The notes under the pieces are model-generated. The model saw nothing but the letters and a program-made list of their open reading frames with translations, had not been told where the DNA came from and made no database searches. The position numbers were made by a program, and so were the translations under genes. A stretch of 64,000 bases of DNA from Alphaproteobacteria bacterium (lineage in GTDB: Bacteria; Pseudomonadota; Alphaproteobacteria; UBA828): positions 1,952,001 to 2,016,000 of the forward strand of contig CBDEFM010000002.1 of the NCBI GenBank assembly GCA_965237415.1, written 5' to 3'. Of this stretch, positions 19,553 through 29,937 are shown in pieces; position 1 is the stretch's first letter; every line of letters starts with the position of its first letter.

Positions 19553-20012
19553 GTCCCATAACAGGATTGATGCGTACTCGCTGGCCCGACGAAAGGCCAA
19601 GCACACCGATGTGGCCTGGGAAAGGAGCATGGTGCAGTTCACGAGGCCACTGTGGAACCAATTGTCCGGTGGCGACTCTCAGTTCGCCAACTCGGTCGCG
19701 TTTAACGGTAACCGTTTCGGCTCCGACTTCGCTGTTAATCGTGTGTTCGACGATTCTATAATTGGAATTCCAGGACGAACGGCTCAACGCGCCGCGGCGG
19801 CGGCTTTGAGTGCTTGCAAGCGGTATAGGGACGTCAGCGGTGCGCGCTAATTCGAGCCCGTGCGACGAATTCTACTTTTCTTCGAATGTAAGGAATTATC
19901 AACGCCAGAGTGACAGTCCATCGCAAGTGGAACGTTTGCGTTTGTGGCGGGTTTCACACGGCAAAATCCGTGGGAGAAATGAGGGATTACCCGCATCCGG
20001 GTGGGCATTTGA

Positions 20013-21128
20013 ATGACCCAGGATGCCCCGGATATTGTGGTGTTCGACCGCGTGCAGAAAAGCTACGACGGGGAGACACTGGTCGTCAAGGACCTCAATT
20101 TAGGTATCAAGGCGGGCGAATTTCTGACGATGCTGGGCCCCTCCGGGTCGGGAAAGACGACTTGTTTGATGATGTTGGCTGGTTTCGAGCCAGCGACGCA
20201 TGGCGAAATTTACTTGAACGACAGGCCGATAAACAAGGTCGCCCCACATCGGCGCAATATCGGCATGGTATTTCAGGACTATGCTCTGTTCCCGCACATG
20301 ACGGTGAATGAGAACCTGGCGTTTCCCTTGAAGGTTCGGAAGATCCGCAAGTCGGAGGTCGAGGCAAGAGTTAAGCGCGCGCTCGACATGGTTCGGTTGC
20401 AGGAATTCGGCAATCGACGACCGGCTCAATTGTCCGGCGGTCAGCAGCAACGGGTGGCGGTTGCTCGGGCGCTGGTGTTCGAGCCCGACCTGGTGCTCAT
20501 GGATGAACCTCTCGGCGCCTTGGACAAGAATTTGCGTGAGGAGATGCAGTACGAAATCAAGCATCTTCATGAGGAACTCGGCGTAACGGTGGTCTACGTC
20601 ACCCACGATCAGTCCGAAGCCTTAACCATGTCCAACCGGATTGCCGTCTTCAATGATGGGGTGATTCAGCAATTGGCAAGTCCCAGCGCGCTGTACGAAC
20701 AGCCGGAGAATGCCTTTGTTGCGCAGTTTATTGGCGAGAACAATCGCTTATGTGGCAGAGTTAAGTCCGTCGAGGGGCAGCATTGCCACGTGGATTTAGA
20801 TGGCGGCGGCACGATTCGAGCCCTTAATGTGAGGGTCGAAGGCATGGGCGCGCGGACGACGCTCTCCCTGCGCCCTGAACGCGTCATCATCGCGTGCCAG
20901 GAAGGGGAAGTGGAAAACAGGCTCGTCGGTCGCGTCGAGGAGTTGATCTATTTGGGAGACCATATCCGCGCGCGCTTGTCTGTCGCGGGAACCGAAGAAT
21001 TCGTCGTGAAGATTCCGAATACGGACCGCAATGCTGCGCTGCACGAGGGCATGGACGTGAACCTGGGCTGGGCCGCCGAGGATTGCCGGGCGTTGGACGC
21101 GCCGGCCGAGGTGGTCGGTTCCGATTAG
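20013..21128 (+). CDS. Polyamine/opine-type ABC transporter ATPase (PotA-like)
   Basis: GPSGSGKT, LSGGQQQR, MDEPLGALDK, TOBE tail. Confidence 0.93.
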   Translation: MTQDAPDIVVFDRVQKSYDGETLVVKDLNLGIKAGEFLTMLGPSGSGKTTCLMMLAGFEPATHGEIYLNDRPINKVAPHRRNIGMVFQDYALFPHMTVNENLAFPLKVRKIRKSEVEARVKRALDMVRLQEFGNRRPAQLSGGQQQRVAVARALVFEPDLVLMDEPLGALDKNLREEMQYEIKHLHEELGVTVVYVTHDQSEALTMSNRIAVFNDGVIQQLASPSALYEQPENAFVAQFIGENNRLCGRVKSVEGQHCHVDLDGGGTIRALNVRVEGMGARTTLSLRPERVIIACQEGEVENRLVGRVEELIYLGDHIRARLSVAGTEEFVVKIPNTDRNAALHEGMDVNLGWAAEDCRALDAPAEVVGSD

Positions 21129-21211
21129 AGCAAATCAAGACGCGTCGGTGTAGCCGCCGCGAGGCTTGAGAACCCGCCGGCCTGTCCGGCAAACGAGAGA
21201 GGAGAGAGAAA

Positions 21212-22315
21212 ATGCGATGGTTGTTGAGTACGACTGTTGTTGCCGCTGGGGTCGCATTGGCGGCTGGCAGCGCCCAGGCGGTCGACCTCACGATCGTGTC
21301 GTGGGGCGGCGCTTATACGGCGAGTCAGCAAAAGGCCTATCACGATCCCTATATGGCAGAGAATCCGGACATTAGCATCATTAATGACGACAACGCCGCC
21401 GAGGGTCTGGCCAAACTGAGGGCCCAGGTCGAATCGGGCAACGTCACCTGGGACATCGTCGACATGGTGGCGGCCGACGCGATTACCGCGTGCGACGAAG
21501 GCGTAATCATGGAAATCGATCCGGACACGTGGCTGGCGGCAGCGCCGGATGGGACTCCTGCGTCGGAGGATTTCTTCGCCGGCACCCTGTCGCCGGGCGG
21601 AACCAACTGCTTCATCCCGCAGATCGTCTATTCCACAACCTTCGGCTATCGCACTGACGTCTTCGACGGTGAGCAGCCCTCGACAATTGCCGACGTGTTC
21701 GATCTCGAGAAGTTTCCCGGCAAGCGGTCGCTGGAGAGAAGGCCCATCAACAATCTCGAGTGGGCGCTGGTCGCCGATGGCGTCGCGCCAGCAGATGTCT
21801 ACGGCATGCTCAGCACGTCAGAGGGTGTGGCGCGGGCCTTCGCCAAGCTCGATACCATCAAGGATCAAGTGGTCTGGTGGACCAAGGGAGCCCAGCCGCC
21901 GCAGCTGCTGGCGGACGGCGAGGTCGTCATGGCCTCGGCCTACAACGGTCGACTCTTCTCGGCCATCGCCGAAAAGAATCAGCCCATCGCCATGATGTGG
22001 GATCGGCAGATCTTCGATCTCGACGGCTGGGTCGTGCCGGTCGGCGTCCAGGATCTCGATGCGGTGAAAAAGTATCTCTACTACGCCACCGACACGCAGC
22101 GCTTGGCGGACCAGGCGAAATTCATCTCCTACGGTCCGGCCCGCTATTCGTCGGCGCCCCTGGTGGGCAACCATGCCGATCTCGGTATCGACATGAAACC
22201 CCACATGCCGACAGATCCCAATAACGCCGCGACCATCTTCGATTTCGACTATGTCTGGTGGGCCGACCACCGGGCGGAACTCGACGAGGTATTCAACACC
22301 TGGCTCGCCAGGTAG
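21212..22315 (+). CDS. Polyamine/opine-type ABC substrate-binding protein (PotD/PotF-like)
   Basis: Signal peptide, LTIVSWGGAY, FDLEKFPGKR, QLLADGEVVMASAYNGR. Confidence 0.92.
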   Translation: MRWLLSTTVVAAGVALAAGSAQAVDLTIVSWGGAYTASQQKAYHDPYMAENPDISIINDDNAAEGLAKLRAQVESGNVTWDIVDMVAADAITACDEGVIMEIDPDTWLAAAPDGTPASEDFFAGTLSPGGTNCFIPQIVYSTTFGYRTDVFDGEQPSTIADVFDLEKFPGKRSLERRPINNLEWALVADGVAPADVYGMLSTSEGVARAFAKLDTIKDQVVWWTKGAQPPQLLADGEVVMASAYNGRLFSAIAEKNQPIAMMWDRQIFDLDGWVVPVGVQDLDAVKKYLYYATDTQRLADQAKFISYGPARYSSAPLVGNHADLGIDMKPHMPTDPNNAATIFDFDYVWWADHRAELDEVFNTWLAR

Positions 22316-22398
22316 CAGAGCATCGGAGGGGCGGGATGCATATGTGCGTCCCGCCCTCTTTCCTTCGAGGCCCCTGAGCGACACCCGGACCGGCACCC

Positions 22399-23661
22399 AT
22401 GTCGACGGTCGCCGATAGCGCCCTGAGAACCGCCGATGGCGTGCCGTTGAAGCGTAGCCTGCGCCGGGCGACGGCCCGCAGGCGGCTTCGCGCATTCCTG
22501 TTGGTCGTACCGATCCTGGCATTCCTGTTGATCACATTTGTTTTCCCGGTTATCGACATGTTGTTTAGAAGCGTCGACAATCAAATCGTTTCGTCCGTCC
22601 TCCCCCGTACAACGCTGGCTATCCAAAGCTGGGATCCCGCGAGCGAGGAGTTGCCGGCTGAATTCGTGTTTGAAGCTCTGGTGCTGGACATTCAGGAATC
22701 ATTTAAGAGCAAACGTCTGGGCCGCGCCGGGCGGCGTTTGAATTACGAGATGACCGGAATGACGAGCTTATTCCGGGTGTCGGGACGACGAGCCAGAGGC
22801 ATAACCGAGGCCCCTTTCAAAGACCAAGTCATCGCGATTGACCAACGATGGGGAGAGCGGAAAACTTGGCAGACAATTTACCAGGAATCGAGCAAGGTCA
22901 CCGAAAGTTACTTTTTGTCGGCCGTCGACCTTCGGGTTGACTATCGCGGTGAAATTTCCTGGAAGGCAGAGGAGCGACGAATTTATTTGTTCCTCTTCTA
23001 TCGCACATTGTGGATGAGCGGTTTTATCACGATACTTTGTTTAGCCCTCGGCTACCCAATTGCTTTCCTTCTGGCAACGTTACCGCCACGCCACAGTAAT
23101 CTCTTACTGATTCTCGTTCTGCTGCCATTCTGGACTTCTTTGCTGGTCAGGACGACTGCGTGGATCGCCTTGCTTCAGTCCGAGGGGGTGTTGAACGACC
23201 TGATGGTATTTTCGGGCATTATTTCGGATGACGGTCGATTGCAGATGATTCACAATAAGTTCGGTACGTTCGTGGCGATGACGCACATTCTTTTGCCCTT
23301 CATGATTTTGCCGCTTTACTCGGTGATGAAAACCATCCCCTCGACGTACATGCGCGCGGCGCGGTCTCTCGGCGCATCGCCTTTCACCAGCTTCATGCGG
23401 GTCTATATGCCCAACACCGTTCCGGGTATCGGGGCCGGGTGCATTCTGGTCTTTATTCTGTCGATCGGCTACTACATCACGCCGGCGTTGGTCGGCGGGC
23501 GAACCGGCACATTCATTTCGAATATCATCGCCCTTCACATCAGTGAGACATTGAACTGGGGCCTGGCCGCGGCGTTGGGCGTGATATTGCTGGCCCTCGT
23601 CCTGTTGCTTTATTTCCTCTATGACAGGATCGTCGGCGTCAACAATATGAAGCTCGGATAG
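22399..23661 (+). CDS. ABC permease (PotB-like, with extended periplasmic loop)
   Basis: LGYPIAF, LLPFWTSLLVRT, HILLPFMILPLYSVM, GYYITPALVGG. Confidence 0.92.
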   Translation: MSTVADSALRTADGVPLKRSLRRATARRRLRAFLLVVPILAFLLITFVFPVIDMLFRSVDNQIVSSVLPRTTLAIQSWDPASEELPAEFVFEALVLDIQESFKSKRLGRAGRRLNYEMTGMTSLFRVSGRRARGITEAPFKDQVIAIDQRWGERKTWQTIYQESSKVTESYFLSAVDLRVDYRGEISWKAEERRIYLFLFYRTLWMSGFITILCLALGYPIAFLLATLPPRHSNLLLILVLLPFWTSLLVRTTAWIALLQSEGVLNDLMVFSGIISDDGRLQMIHNKFGTFVAMTHILLPFMILPLYSVMKTIPSTYMRAARSLGASPFTSFMRVYMPNTVPGIGAGCILVFILSIGYYITPALVGGRTGTFISNIIALHISETLNWGLAAALGVILLALVLLLYFLYDRIVGVNNMKLG

Positions 23662-23666
23662 ATTTC

Positions 23667-24515
23667 ATGCCGCCGCCGCTGCACGCGACACACTCGGAAC
23701 GCGTTTGGTACTATACGTTTCGTACGCTATGTGTGCTGATTTTTATCTTTTTGGTTGGCCCTATTTTCGTCATCATACCGCTTAGCTTCAACGAGCTTCC
23801 CTACTTTACCTTCACGCCGGAAATGCTTGCCTTCGATCCGGCGGGCTACAGCACGAAGTGGTATCAGGAATTCTTTACCGAGGATTCATGGCAAAGGGCC
23901 GTACAAAATAGCTTCTTTATAGCAATATTCGCGACGCTCATTTCGACATTTCTCGGCACGCTCGGGGCGCTCGGGCTAAGCAGGCCCGAAATGCCGTTCA
24001 GGAAAACGATCATGGCGCTCTTGATATCGCCGATGATCGTGCCGCTGATTATTTCGGCTGCGGGTATGTATTTCTTTTATGCACGCATCGGGATCGCGTC
24101 GACGCACTTCGGCGTCATTCTCGCCCATTCGGCGTTGGGCATCCCCTTCGTCATCATTACCGTGACGGCCACCCTGGTGGGCTTCGATCACTCGCTGACC
24201 CGTGCGGCGGCAAGCCTGGGGTCGAGCCCGACGCGCACCTTCTTCGTGGTGATCGTGCCGTTGATTCTGCCTGGCGTCATATCGGGCGCGCTGCTGGCGT
24301 TCATCACCTCCTTCGACGAGGTCGTGGTGGTGCTGTTCGTCGGCTCCGTCGAGCAAAGAACGATTCCGTGGAAGATGTTCTCGGGCATCCGGGAAGAGAT
24401 CCGCCCGACCATCCTGGCGGTCGCTACACTCTTGGTGTTCGTATCGATCGTGTTGTTGACGATGGTCGAACTCTTACGGCGGCGGAGCGAGCGGCTGCGC
24501 GGTATTCGATCCTGA
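23667..24515 (+). CDS. ABC permease (PotC-like)
   Basis: IPLSFN, SPMIVP, AAASLG, FITSFDEVVV. Confidence 0.92.
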   Translation: MPPPLHATHSERVWYYTFRTLCVLIFIFLVGPIFVIIPLSFNELPYFTFTPEMLAFDPAGYSTKWYQEFFTEDSWQRAVQNSFFIAIFATLISTFLGTLGALGLSRPEMPFRKTIMALLISPMIVPLIISAAGMYFFYARIGIASTHFGVILAHSALGIPFVIITVTATLVGFDHSLTRAAASLGSSPTRTFFVVIVPLILPGVISGALLAFITSFDEVVVVLFVGSVEQRTIPWKMFSGIREEIRPTILAVATLLVFVSIVLLTMVELLRRRSERLRGIRS

Positions 24516-24540
24516 CCCACCCGGCGGGGTCCCAACTCTT

Positions 24541-24555
24541 GTTCTTGTAATGTTC
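24541..24555 (+). promoter_or_regulatory. Alphaproteobacterial LexA (SOS) box
   Basis: GTTC-TTGTAAT-GTTC is an exact GTTC-N7-GTTC; overlaps a TTGTAA-N17-TACGCT promoter. Confidence 0.75.
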
Positions 24556-24579
24556 GCCGTCGCAGTCTACGCTGTGGCG

Positions 24580-25644
24580 ATGCGGGACGTGCGCAAAGGA
24601 CGAGGAGCCGCGAGCAACCGGAGCGGCCGCTACGAGCGCCACCAGCACGAGACGTTCGACGATGGGTGGGGCACCATCGACGAGGCCCAGGTACCGCTCC
24701 GCACCGAGGTCCGGCCCGATACCAGCCGCACGGTAATCACCCGCAACGATTCGCCCGATCTCGGGTTCGACCGTTCCATCAACGTCTATCGCGGCTGCGA
24801 GCATGGCTGCGTCTATTGCTACGCGCGCCCGACCCATGCCTATCTCGGCCTCTCGCCCGGCCAGGACTTCGAGAGCCGCATCTTCGCCAAGCACGATGCG
24901 CCGGCCCAACTCGAGCGCGAGCTGGCGCGCCCTGGCTATGAGTGCCGGATGATTGCGATGGGCACCAACACCGACCCCTACCAGCCGACCGAGCGCCGCC
25001 TCGCACTCACCAGGCGCGTCCTCGAGGTGCTCGACCGGCACGACCATCCGGTCGGCATCGTGACCAAGTCGGCGCTGGTCACGCGCGATGCGGACATCCT
25101 CTCCCGCATGGCAAAGCGCAGGCTCGCCACGGTCGCGCTCTCGGTCACGACGCTGGACCGCGACCTCGCGCGCACCATGGAGCCGCGCGCGTCGACGCCG
25201 GCTAAGCGGCTGGACGCGATGCGCACGCTCGGCCAAGCGGGCGTCCCTGTGGGCGTGATGGTCGCGCCCATCATCCCGGGCCTTACCGACCACGAAATGG
25301 AAACGATTCTCGAAGCCGCCAAAGAGGCTGGCGCGGGCCGTGCGGGCTACGTCGTTCTGCGGCTGCCGCGGGAGGTGCGGGAGCTCTTCCTGGAATGGCT
25401 CTCGGTCCACGCGCCGAACAAGGCAAAGCGCGTCGTCTCTCTGCTGCAGGGGATGCGCGCAGGCCGGCTCAATGATCCCAACTTCGGCTCCCGCATGACC
25501 GGCGCCGGCCCCTACGCCGATCTGATCGCCACGCGCTTTGCTGCCGCGACGCGACGCCTCGGGCTGGTGCGCCGGGGGCCTAGTCTCGACACGGGGCGGT
25601 TCCGCCCGCCCGCCCGCGACCCCGCGCATCTCGCCCTCTTCTGA
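24580..25644 (+). CDS. PA0069/Rv2578c-family radical SAM protein (SplB-related)
   Basis: KGRGAASN, ITRNDSPDLGFDRSINVYRGCEHGCVYCYARPTH, GTNTDPYQP. Confidence 0.92.
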   Translation: MRDVRKGRGAASNRSGRYERHQHETFDDGWGTIDEAQVPLRTEVRPDTSRTVITRNDSPDLGFDRSINVYRGCEHGCVYCYARPTHAYLGLSPGQDFESRIFAKHDAPAQLERELARPGYECRMIAMGTNTDPYQPTERRLALTRRVLEVLDRHDHPVGIVTKSALVTRDADILSRMAKRRLATVALSVTTLDRDLARTMEPRASTPAKRLDAMRTLGQAGVPVGVMVAPIIPGLTDHEMETILEAAKEAGAGRAGYVVLRLPREVRELFLEWLSVHAPNKAKRVVSLLQGMRAGRLNDPNFGSRMTGAGPYADLIATRFAAATRRLGLVRRGPSLDTGRFRPPARDPAHLALF

Positions 25645-25695
25645 GCCGCCGGCGCGCCGTTGCCCGCGCGGGCCACGCTCGTGGTAGAAGCGCTC

Positions 25696-26334
25696 ATGGC
25701 AAAGCGACACGTCCCGCGGGATAGTCCGGACTTTTCGCTGGAAGACGCGGCGGACGGGCGCGTTGCCGGGATCGACGAGGCCGGCCGGGGCCCTTGGGCG
25801 GGGCCCGTGGTCGCGGCGGCGGTCGCGTTCGGCGCGGGCGGCCCAACGCCACATTTGCGGGCGATGATTACCGATTCCAAGCTGCTCCGGGCCGAGCGCC
25901 GCTCCGCGCTGCAGCCGGCAATTCTGGCCTGCGCCGATGCTGCCGTCGGCCTCGCCAGCGTCGCCGAAATCGACAGCATGAACATCCTTCAGGCCACTCT
26001 TCTGGCCATGCGCCGTGCTGTCGTCCGTCTCGCCCACCTGCCCGACCTCGCGCTGGTGGACGGCAACCGCGCGCCCTGCCTGCCTTGCCCGGTGCGGACG
26101 GTGGTCGGCGGCGACCGGCTGAGCCTCTCGATCGCCGCGTCCTCGATCGTCGCCAAGGTCGCCAGGGACCGTCTGATGGCGCGCCTCGCGCTCGACCATC
26201 CCGGCTACAGTTGGGAGCGGAACGCCGGCTATGGCACGGCGGAGCACCGCGCGGGTCTCGCGCGGCTCGGGCCTTGCGTGCACCACCGGCGATCCTTTCG
26301 CCCGATCCGCGAACTCTTGGAGGGCGATCCGTGA
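25696..26334 (+). CDS. rnhB: Ribonuclease HII
   Basis: AGIDEAGRGPWAGPV, DSK, LVDGN, SIAASSIVAKVARD, HRRSF. Confidence 0.95.
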   Translation: MAKRHVPRDSPDFSLEDAADGRVAGIDEAGRGPWAGPVVAAAVAFGAGGPTPHLRAMITDSKLLRAERRSALQPAILACADAAVGLASVAEIDSMNILQATLLAMRRAVVRLAHLPDLALVDGNRAPCLPCPVRTVVGGDRLSLSIAASSIVAKVARDRLMARLALDHPGYSWERNAGYGTAEHRAGLARLGPCVHHRRSFRPIRELLEGDP

Positions 26335-26873
26335 GCCTCCCGACATCCGACGACGACCTCGTCGTCCATCCGCCGGGAATTCTCCAGTGGCGCGGCAAGC
26401 GCTTCGCCTGCGCGATCGGGTCGGGCGGGGTGCGGTCGAACAAGCGCGAGGGCGACGGTGCGACCCCCGCCGGCCGTTTCCCGTTACGCCGGGTCCTCTA
26501 CAGGCCCGACAGGACGGCGCCGCCACGCACCGCGCTCCCCATCGCGCCGCTGAGCCCGCACGACGGCTGGTGCGACGATCCCGGCCATCCCCTCTACAAC
26601 GAGCCGCTGCGTCTGCCCCACGAGGCGAGCCACGAAGAGCTGTGGCGCGGGGATCACGTCTACGACCTGATCGTCATTCTCGGCCACAACGATACGCCCG
26701 CGGTGCCGGGCTTGGGCAGCGCGGTGTTCCTTCACGTGGCTCAGCCGGACTACGCACCGACGGCAGGGTGCGTCGCCCTTGCGGCGGGCGACTTGCTAAC
26801 GATCCTGGCCGGCGTGGGTCGGCGGGCCTGGCTCCGCGTTCCGTCCGCTGGAGTGCCGCCCGGCCGGAATTAG
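26331..26873 (+). CDS. L,D-transpeptidase family protein (YkuD-like)
   Basis: KREGDGATPAG, WCDDP, GSAVFLH..PTAGCVAL; GTG overlaps the rnhB stop. Confidence 0.88.
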   Translation: MSLPTSDDDLVVHPPGILQWRGKRFACAIGSGGVRSNKREGDGATPAGRFPLRRVLYRPDRTAPPRTALPIAPLSPHDGWCDDPGHPLYNEPLRLPHEASHEELWRGDHVYDLIVILGHNDTPAVPGLGSAVFLHVAQPDYAPTAGCVALAAGDLLTILAGVGRRAWLRVPSAGVPPGRN

Positions 26874-27583
26874 CGCGTGGGACGGGCCCCAAAAATCGCC
26901 GTACCGATCCGGACGTGGGTGGCGCCGAGCGCGATCGCTGTCCGGTAGTCGGCCGACATGCCCATGCTGAGGCGGTCGAGGCCGTGGCGCGCGGCGAGCT
27001 CCCGCAATAGCGCGAAGTGGGGGGATGGGTCTTCGTCGGCGGGCGGAATGCACATGAGCCCGATCACGGGCAGCATCAGATCGTCCCGGCAGTGCGCGAC
27101 CAGTGCATCGAGGCCATCCGGCAAGATTCCGGCCTTCTGCGGCTCGGCCCCGGTATTGACCTGAATGAAGCAGTCAGGACGGCGGCCCTGGCGCACCATC
27201 TCGCGGGCCAGCGCAGCAGCCAGCTTGGCCCGATCGATCGCATGGATGGCATCGGCGATGGCCACCGCGTCGCGGACCTTGTTGGTCTGCAGCGCGCCGA
27301 TGTAGTGAAGTGCCGCACCGGGCCATTCGGTGCGGAGCGCCTGCCATTTCTCGCTCGCTTCCTGCACCCTGTTCTCGCCATAGGTCGTGTGGCCGGCGGC
27401 AAGCGCAGGCAGGATCCGGCTTGCGGGGTGTCCCTTGGAGACCGCGATCAGCGTAATCTCGCCCCCGCCGCGTCCTGCGGCACGCGCCGCATCCTGGACC
27501 TCGGCCGTGACGGCGGCCAGATTGGCGGCGACATCGACGGCCGGCGGGTCGTCTCTGGGAGTGGCAGGGGCTGCGTGCGCCAT
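26870..27583 (-). CDS. yggS: PLP homeostasis protein (YggS family)
   Basis: LIAVSK, GENRVQE, IGALQTNK, GLMCIPP, LSMGMSADY, VRIGTAIFG. Confidence 0.95.
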   Translation of the reverse strand: MAHAAPATPRDDPPAVDVAANLAAVTAEVQDAARAAGRGGGEITLIAVSKGHPASRILPALAAGHTTYGENRVQEASEKWQALRTEWPGAALHYIGALQTNKVRDAVAIADAIHAIDRAKLAAALAREMVRQGRRPDCFIQVNTGAEPQKAGILPDGLDALVAHCRDDLMLPVIGLMCIPPADEDPSPHFALLRELAARHGLDRLSMGMSADYRTAIALGATHVRIGTAIFGARPTR

Positions 27584-27605
27584 AGGAACCTGAATTGAGC
27601 GAGCG

Positions 27606-28214
27606 GTGGGAACGCTAGCAGAGGCGGCGGCAAGCCTCAAACGAACGGCGGGGAGCAGCTTGCCGGCGCTCCTGCTGATGACCGACGAGGCGCGGCTCGC
27701 CGATCCCCTCCCGGCTGCCAACGCGCTGCCGGCGGGGAGCGGCATCATCCTCCGTCATTATGGAACGCCGGAGCGCGCGGCGCTCGCCCGCAGCCTTGCC
27801 GCTATTGCGCGACGACGAGGGCTCGTCCTGCTGGTGGGCGAAGACCCGGCGCTCGCGCGGCGGGTCGGCGCTCACGGGGTCCATCTGCCGGAGCGCGCCA
27901 TCAGGCGCGCCGCTGCCGTGCGCTGGCAGCGGGACTGGCTGGTCACCGCCGCCGCCCATTCCCCTGCGGCGTTGCGCTCGGCCGCCTCCGCTGGCGCCGA
28001 TGTCGCTCTACTCTCCCCGGTGTTCGCCACGGCGAGCCACCCCGATGTCCGCGCCCTCGGCCCCCACCGTTTCGCTGCGCTGGCGCGCGCCAGCCCTCTC
28101 CCGGTCTATGCTCTCGGCGGCATCGACAGCACCCGCGCGCGTCTCCTGCAAGGCAGCGGCGCCGTTGGAATCGCCGGCATCGGCGGGCTCATTCCTCAGA
28201 CGCCTCGCCCGTAA
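27606..28214 (+). CDS. Thiamine phosphate synthase-like protein (ThiE/TenI family)
   Basis: GVHLPE, LSPVFATASHP, PVYALGGI. Confidence 0.8.
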   Translation: MGTLAEAAASLKRTAGSSLPALLLMTDEARLADPLPAANALPAGSGIILRHYGTPERAALARSLAAIARRRGLVLLVGEDPALARRVGAHGVHLPERAIRRAAAVRWQRDWLVTAAAHSPAALRSAASAGADVALLSPVFATASHPDVRALGPHRFAALARASPLPVYALGGIDSTRARLLQGSGAVGIAGIGGLIPQTPRP

Positions 28215-28239
28215 GGGCGAAGTGCCGCGCGCAGCCATC

Positions 28240-29457
28240 CTAGAGGGGCGGTGTGCCGCCTTCGAGGGGGATGATCTCCACCGCTGAGCCGCGCGCCGCC
28301 GCCGGCGCATGGGGCGGGCGGACGACGAGGCATTGCGCCTTCACCAGCAGCGACAGCATCGAGCTGTCCTGCTTCGTGAAGGGCGTTGCGATCAGCGCAC
28401 CGCTTTCGTCGCGCCTGAGCGTCGCGCGGAGATAATCCTGCCGCTCGTCGTTCTCCCCGACGTCGGCGCCAAGGCTCGCTCGTTGCGCCATCGGGTGAGC
28501 GCCCTCGTCGGAGCCGAGCATGCGGGCCAGCGCCGGCCTGAGGAAGACCAGCGCGCAAACCAGCGAGGAGACCGGGTTGCCGGGGAGGCCGAGCAGGCGG
28601 GTGCCGCCGACGGTGCCGAACATCAGTGGCTTGCCGGGCCGCATGGCGATCTTCCAGAAATCGAGGGTGAGTCCTTCATCCTTGAGCGCGGAGCGGATCA
28701 GGTCGTGCTCGCCCACCGAGGCGCCGCCGGTGGTGACCAGCAGGTCCGCGCCATTCGCGCCGGCGGCAAGGCGCGCGAGGGAGTCGGCGTCGTCGCGGGC
28801 GATGCCGAGGTCGATCGCCTCGCCACCGCACCCCTCCACCACCGCCCTGAGCGCGTGCGTGTTGGAACTCACGATCTGATTGGCGCCCAGCGGCTCGCCC
28901 GGCATGACGATCTCGTCGCCGGTGGCAAGCAATGCGATTCGGGGCCTGCGCCTGACCGTGAGCCACGGCTGGTTCATGGCGGCGGCAAGCCCGATGGCGC
29001 GTGCGTCGAGCCGCCTTCCTGCCGCGACGCCGACCTCGCCCGCGCGAAAATCGAGGCCGGCGGGGCGAATGTAGCGGCCCGCCGGCGCGCCTGCGCGCAC
29101 GGTAATCGCGTCGCCGTCCCGGCGCGTGTTCTCCTGAATGACGATCGTATCGGCGCCGTCCGGCACCGGCGCGCCAGTGAAAATGCGGACAGTCTCGCCG
29201 GGGCCGACCGTGCCTTCGAAGCGGGCGCCGGCGGGCACGCTGCCGATCTGACGCAGGGTGACGGGCACCTCCGCGACATCGGCGGCGCGCGCGGCGTAGC
29301 CGTCCATGGCCGAGACGGCGAAGGGCGGCTGCGTGAGGCGGGCGACGATGTCGGCTGCCAGCACGCGGCCGTGAGCCGCGGCGAGCGGCACGGTCTCCGC
29401 CGGCAGCGGCGAAAAGGCGGAAGTGATGCGGGCGACCGCTTCAGCGACCGGAATCAT
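28240..29457 (-). CDS. moeA: Molybdopterin molybdotransferase
   Basis: SAMDGYA, RIFTGAPVP, TGDEI, TTGGASVGEHD, MRPGKP, LPGNPVS. Confidence 0.96.
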   Translation of the reverse strand: MIPVAEAVARITSAFSPLPAETVPLAAAHGRVLAADIVARLTQPPFAVSAMDGYAARAADVAEVPVTLRQIGSVPAGARFEGTVGPGETVRIFTGAPVPDGADTIVIQENTRRDGDAITVRAGAPAGRYIRPAGLDFRAGEVGVAAGRRLDARAIGLAAAMNQPWLTVRRRPRIALLATGDEIVMPGEPLGANQIVSSNTHALRAVVEGCGGEAIDLGIARDDADSLARLAAGANGADLLVTTGGASVGEHDLIRSALKDEGLTLDFWKIAMRPGKPLMFGTVGGTRLLGLPGNPVSSLVCALVFLRPALARMLGSDEGAHPMAQRASLGADVGENDERQDYLRATLRRDESGALIATPFTKQDSSMLSLLVKAQCLVVRPPHAPAAARGSAVEIIPLEGGTPPL

Positions 29458-29460
29458 CGG

Positions 29461-29937
29461 TCACGGCGCCCGGAACTCGCCCGACTTGCCGCCCTCCTTG
29501 TGGGTGAGCCGCACGTCGGTGATGCGCATGCCGCGATCGGCGGCCTTGCACATGTCGTAGACGGTGAGCGCGGCCACGCTCGCTGCGGTCAGCGCCTCCA
29601 TCTCGACCCCGGTGCGCGCCGTGATGCGGCAACTGGCCTCGATGTCCACGGCGCCCTCTGCCTCGTCGCAGGTGAGCCTCACGTCGACAGCGCTGAGCGC
29701 CAGGGGATGGCAGAGCGGGATCAGATCGGCGGTCCGTTTGGCCGCCATGATGCCGGCAAGCCGGGCGACACCGAGCACGTCCCCTTTCGCGACGCCCCCT
29801 TCCTGGATCAGCCGCGCGGTCTCGGGCTTCATCAGCACGCGCGCCCGCGCCGTCGCCCGGCGCTCGGTGACCTCCTTCTCCGTCACGTCCACCATGCGCG
29901 CCTTGCCTTCGGCGTCGATGTGGGTGAGCCGCGCCAT
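29461..29937 (-). CDS. moaC: Cyclic pyranopterin monophosphate synthase (in frame with upstream trpC)
   Basis: [48 protein letters not shown]; own RBS GGAGGG. Confidence 0.95.
   Translation of the reverse strand: MARLTHIDAEGKARMVDVTEKEVTERRATARARVLMKPETARLIQEGGVAKGDVLGVARLAGIMAAKRTADLIPLCHPLALSAVDVRLTCDEAEGAVDIEASCRITARTGVEMEALTAASVAALTVYDMCKAADRGMRITDVRLTHKEGGKSGEFRAP

Noticed and set aside
18858-20016. Short ORFs between the pentapeptide gene and the PotA-like gene
   Set aside because: No recognisable domains, weak RBS, mutually overlapping; treated as non-coding.
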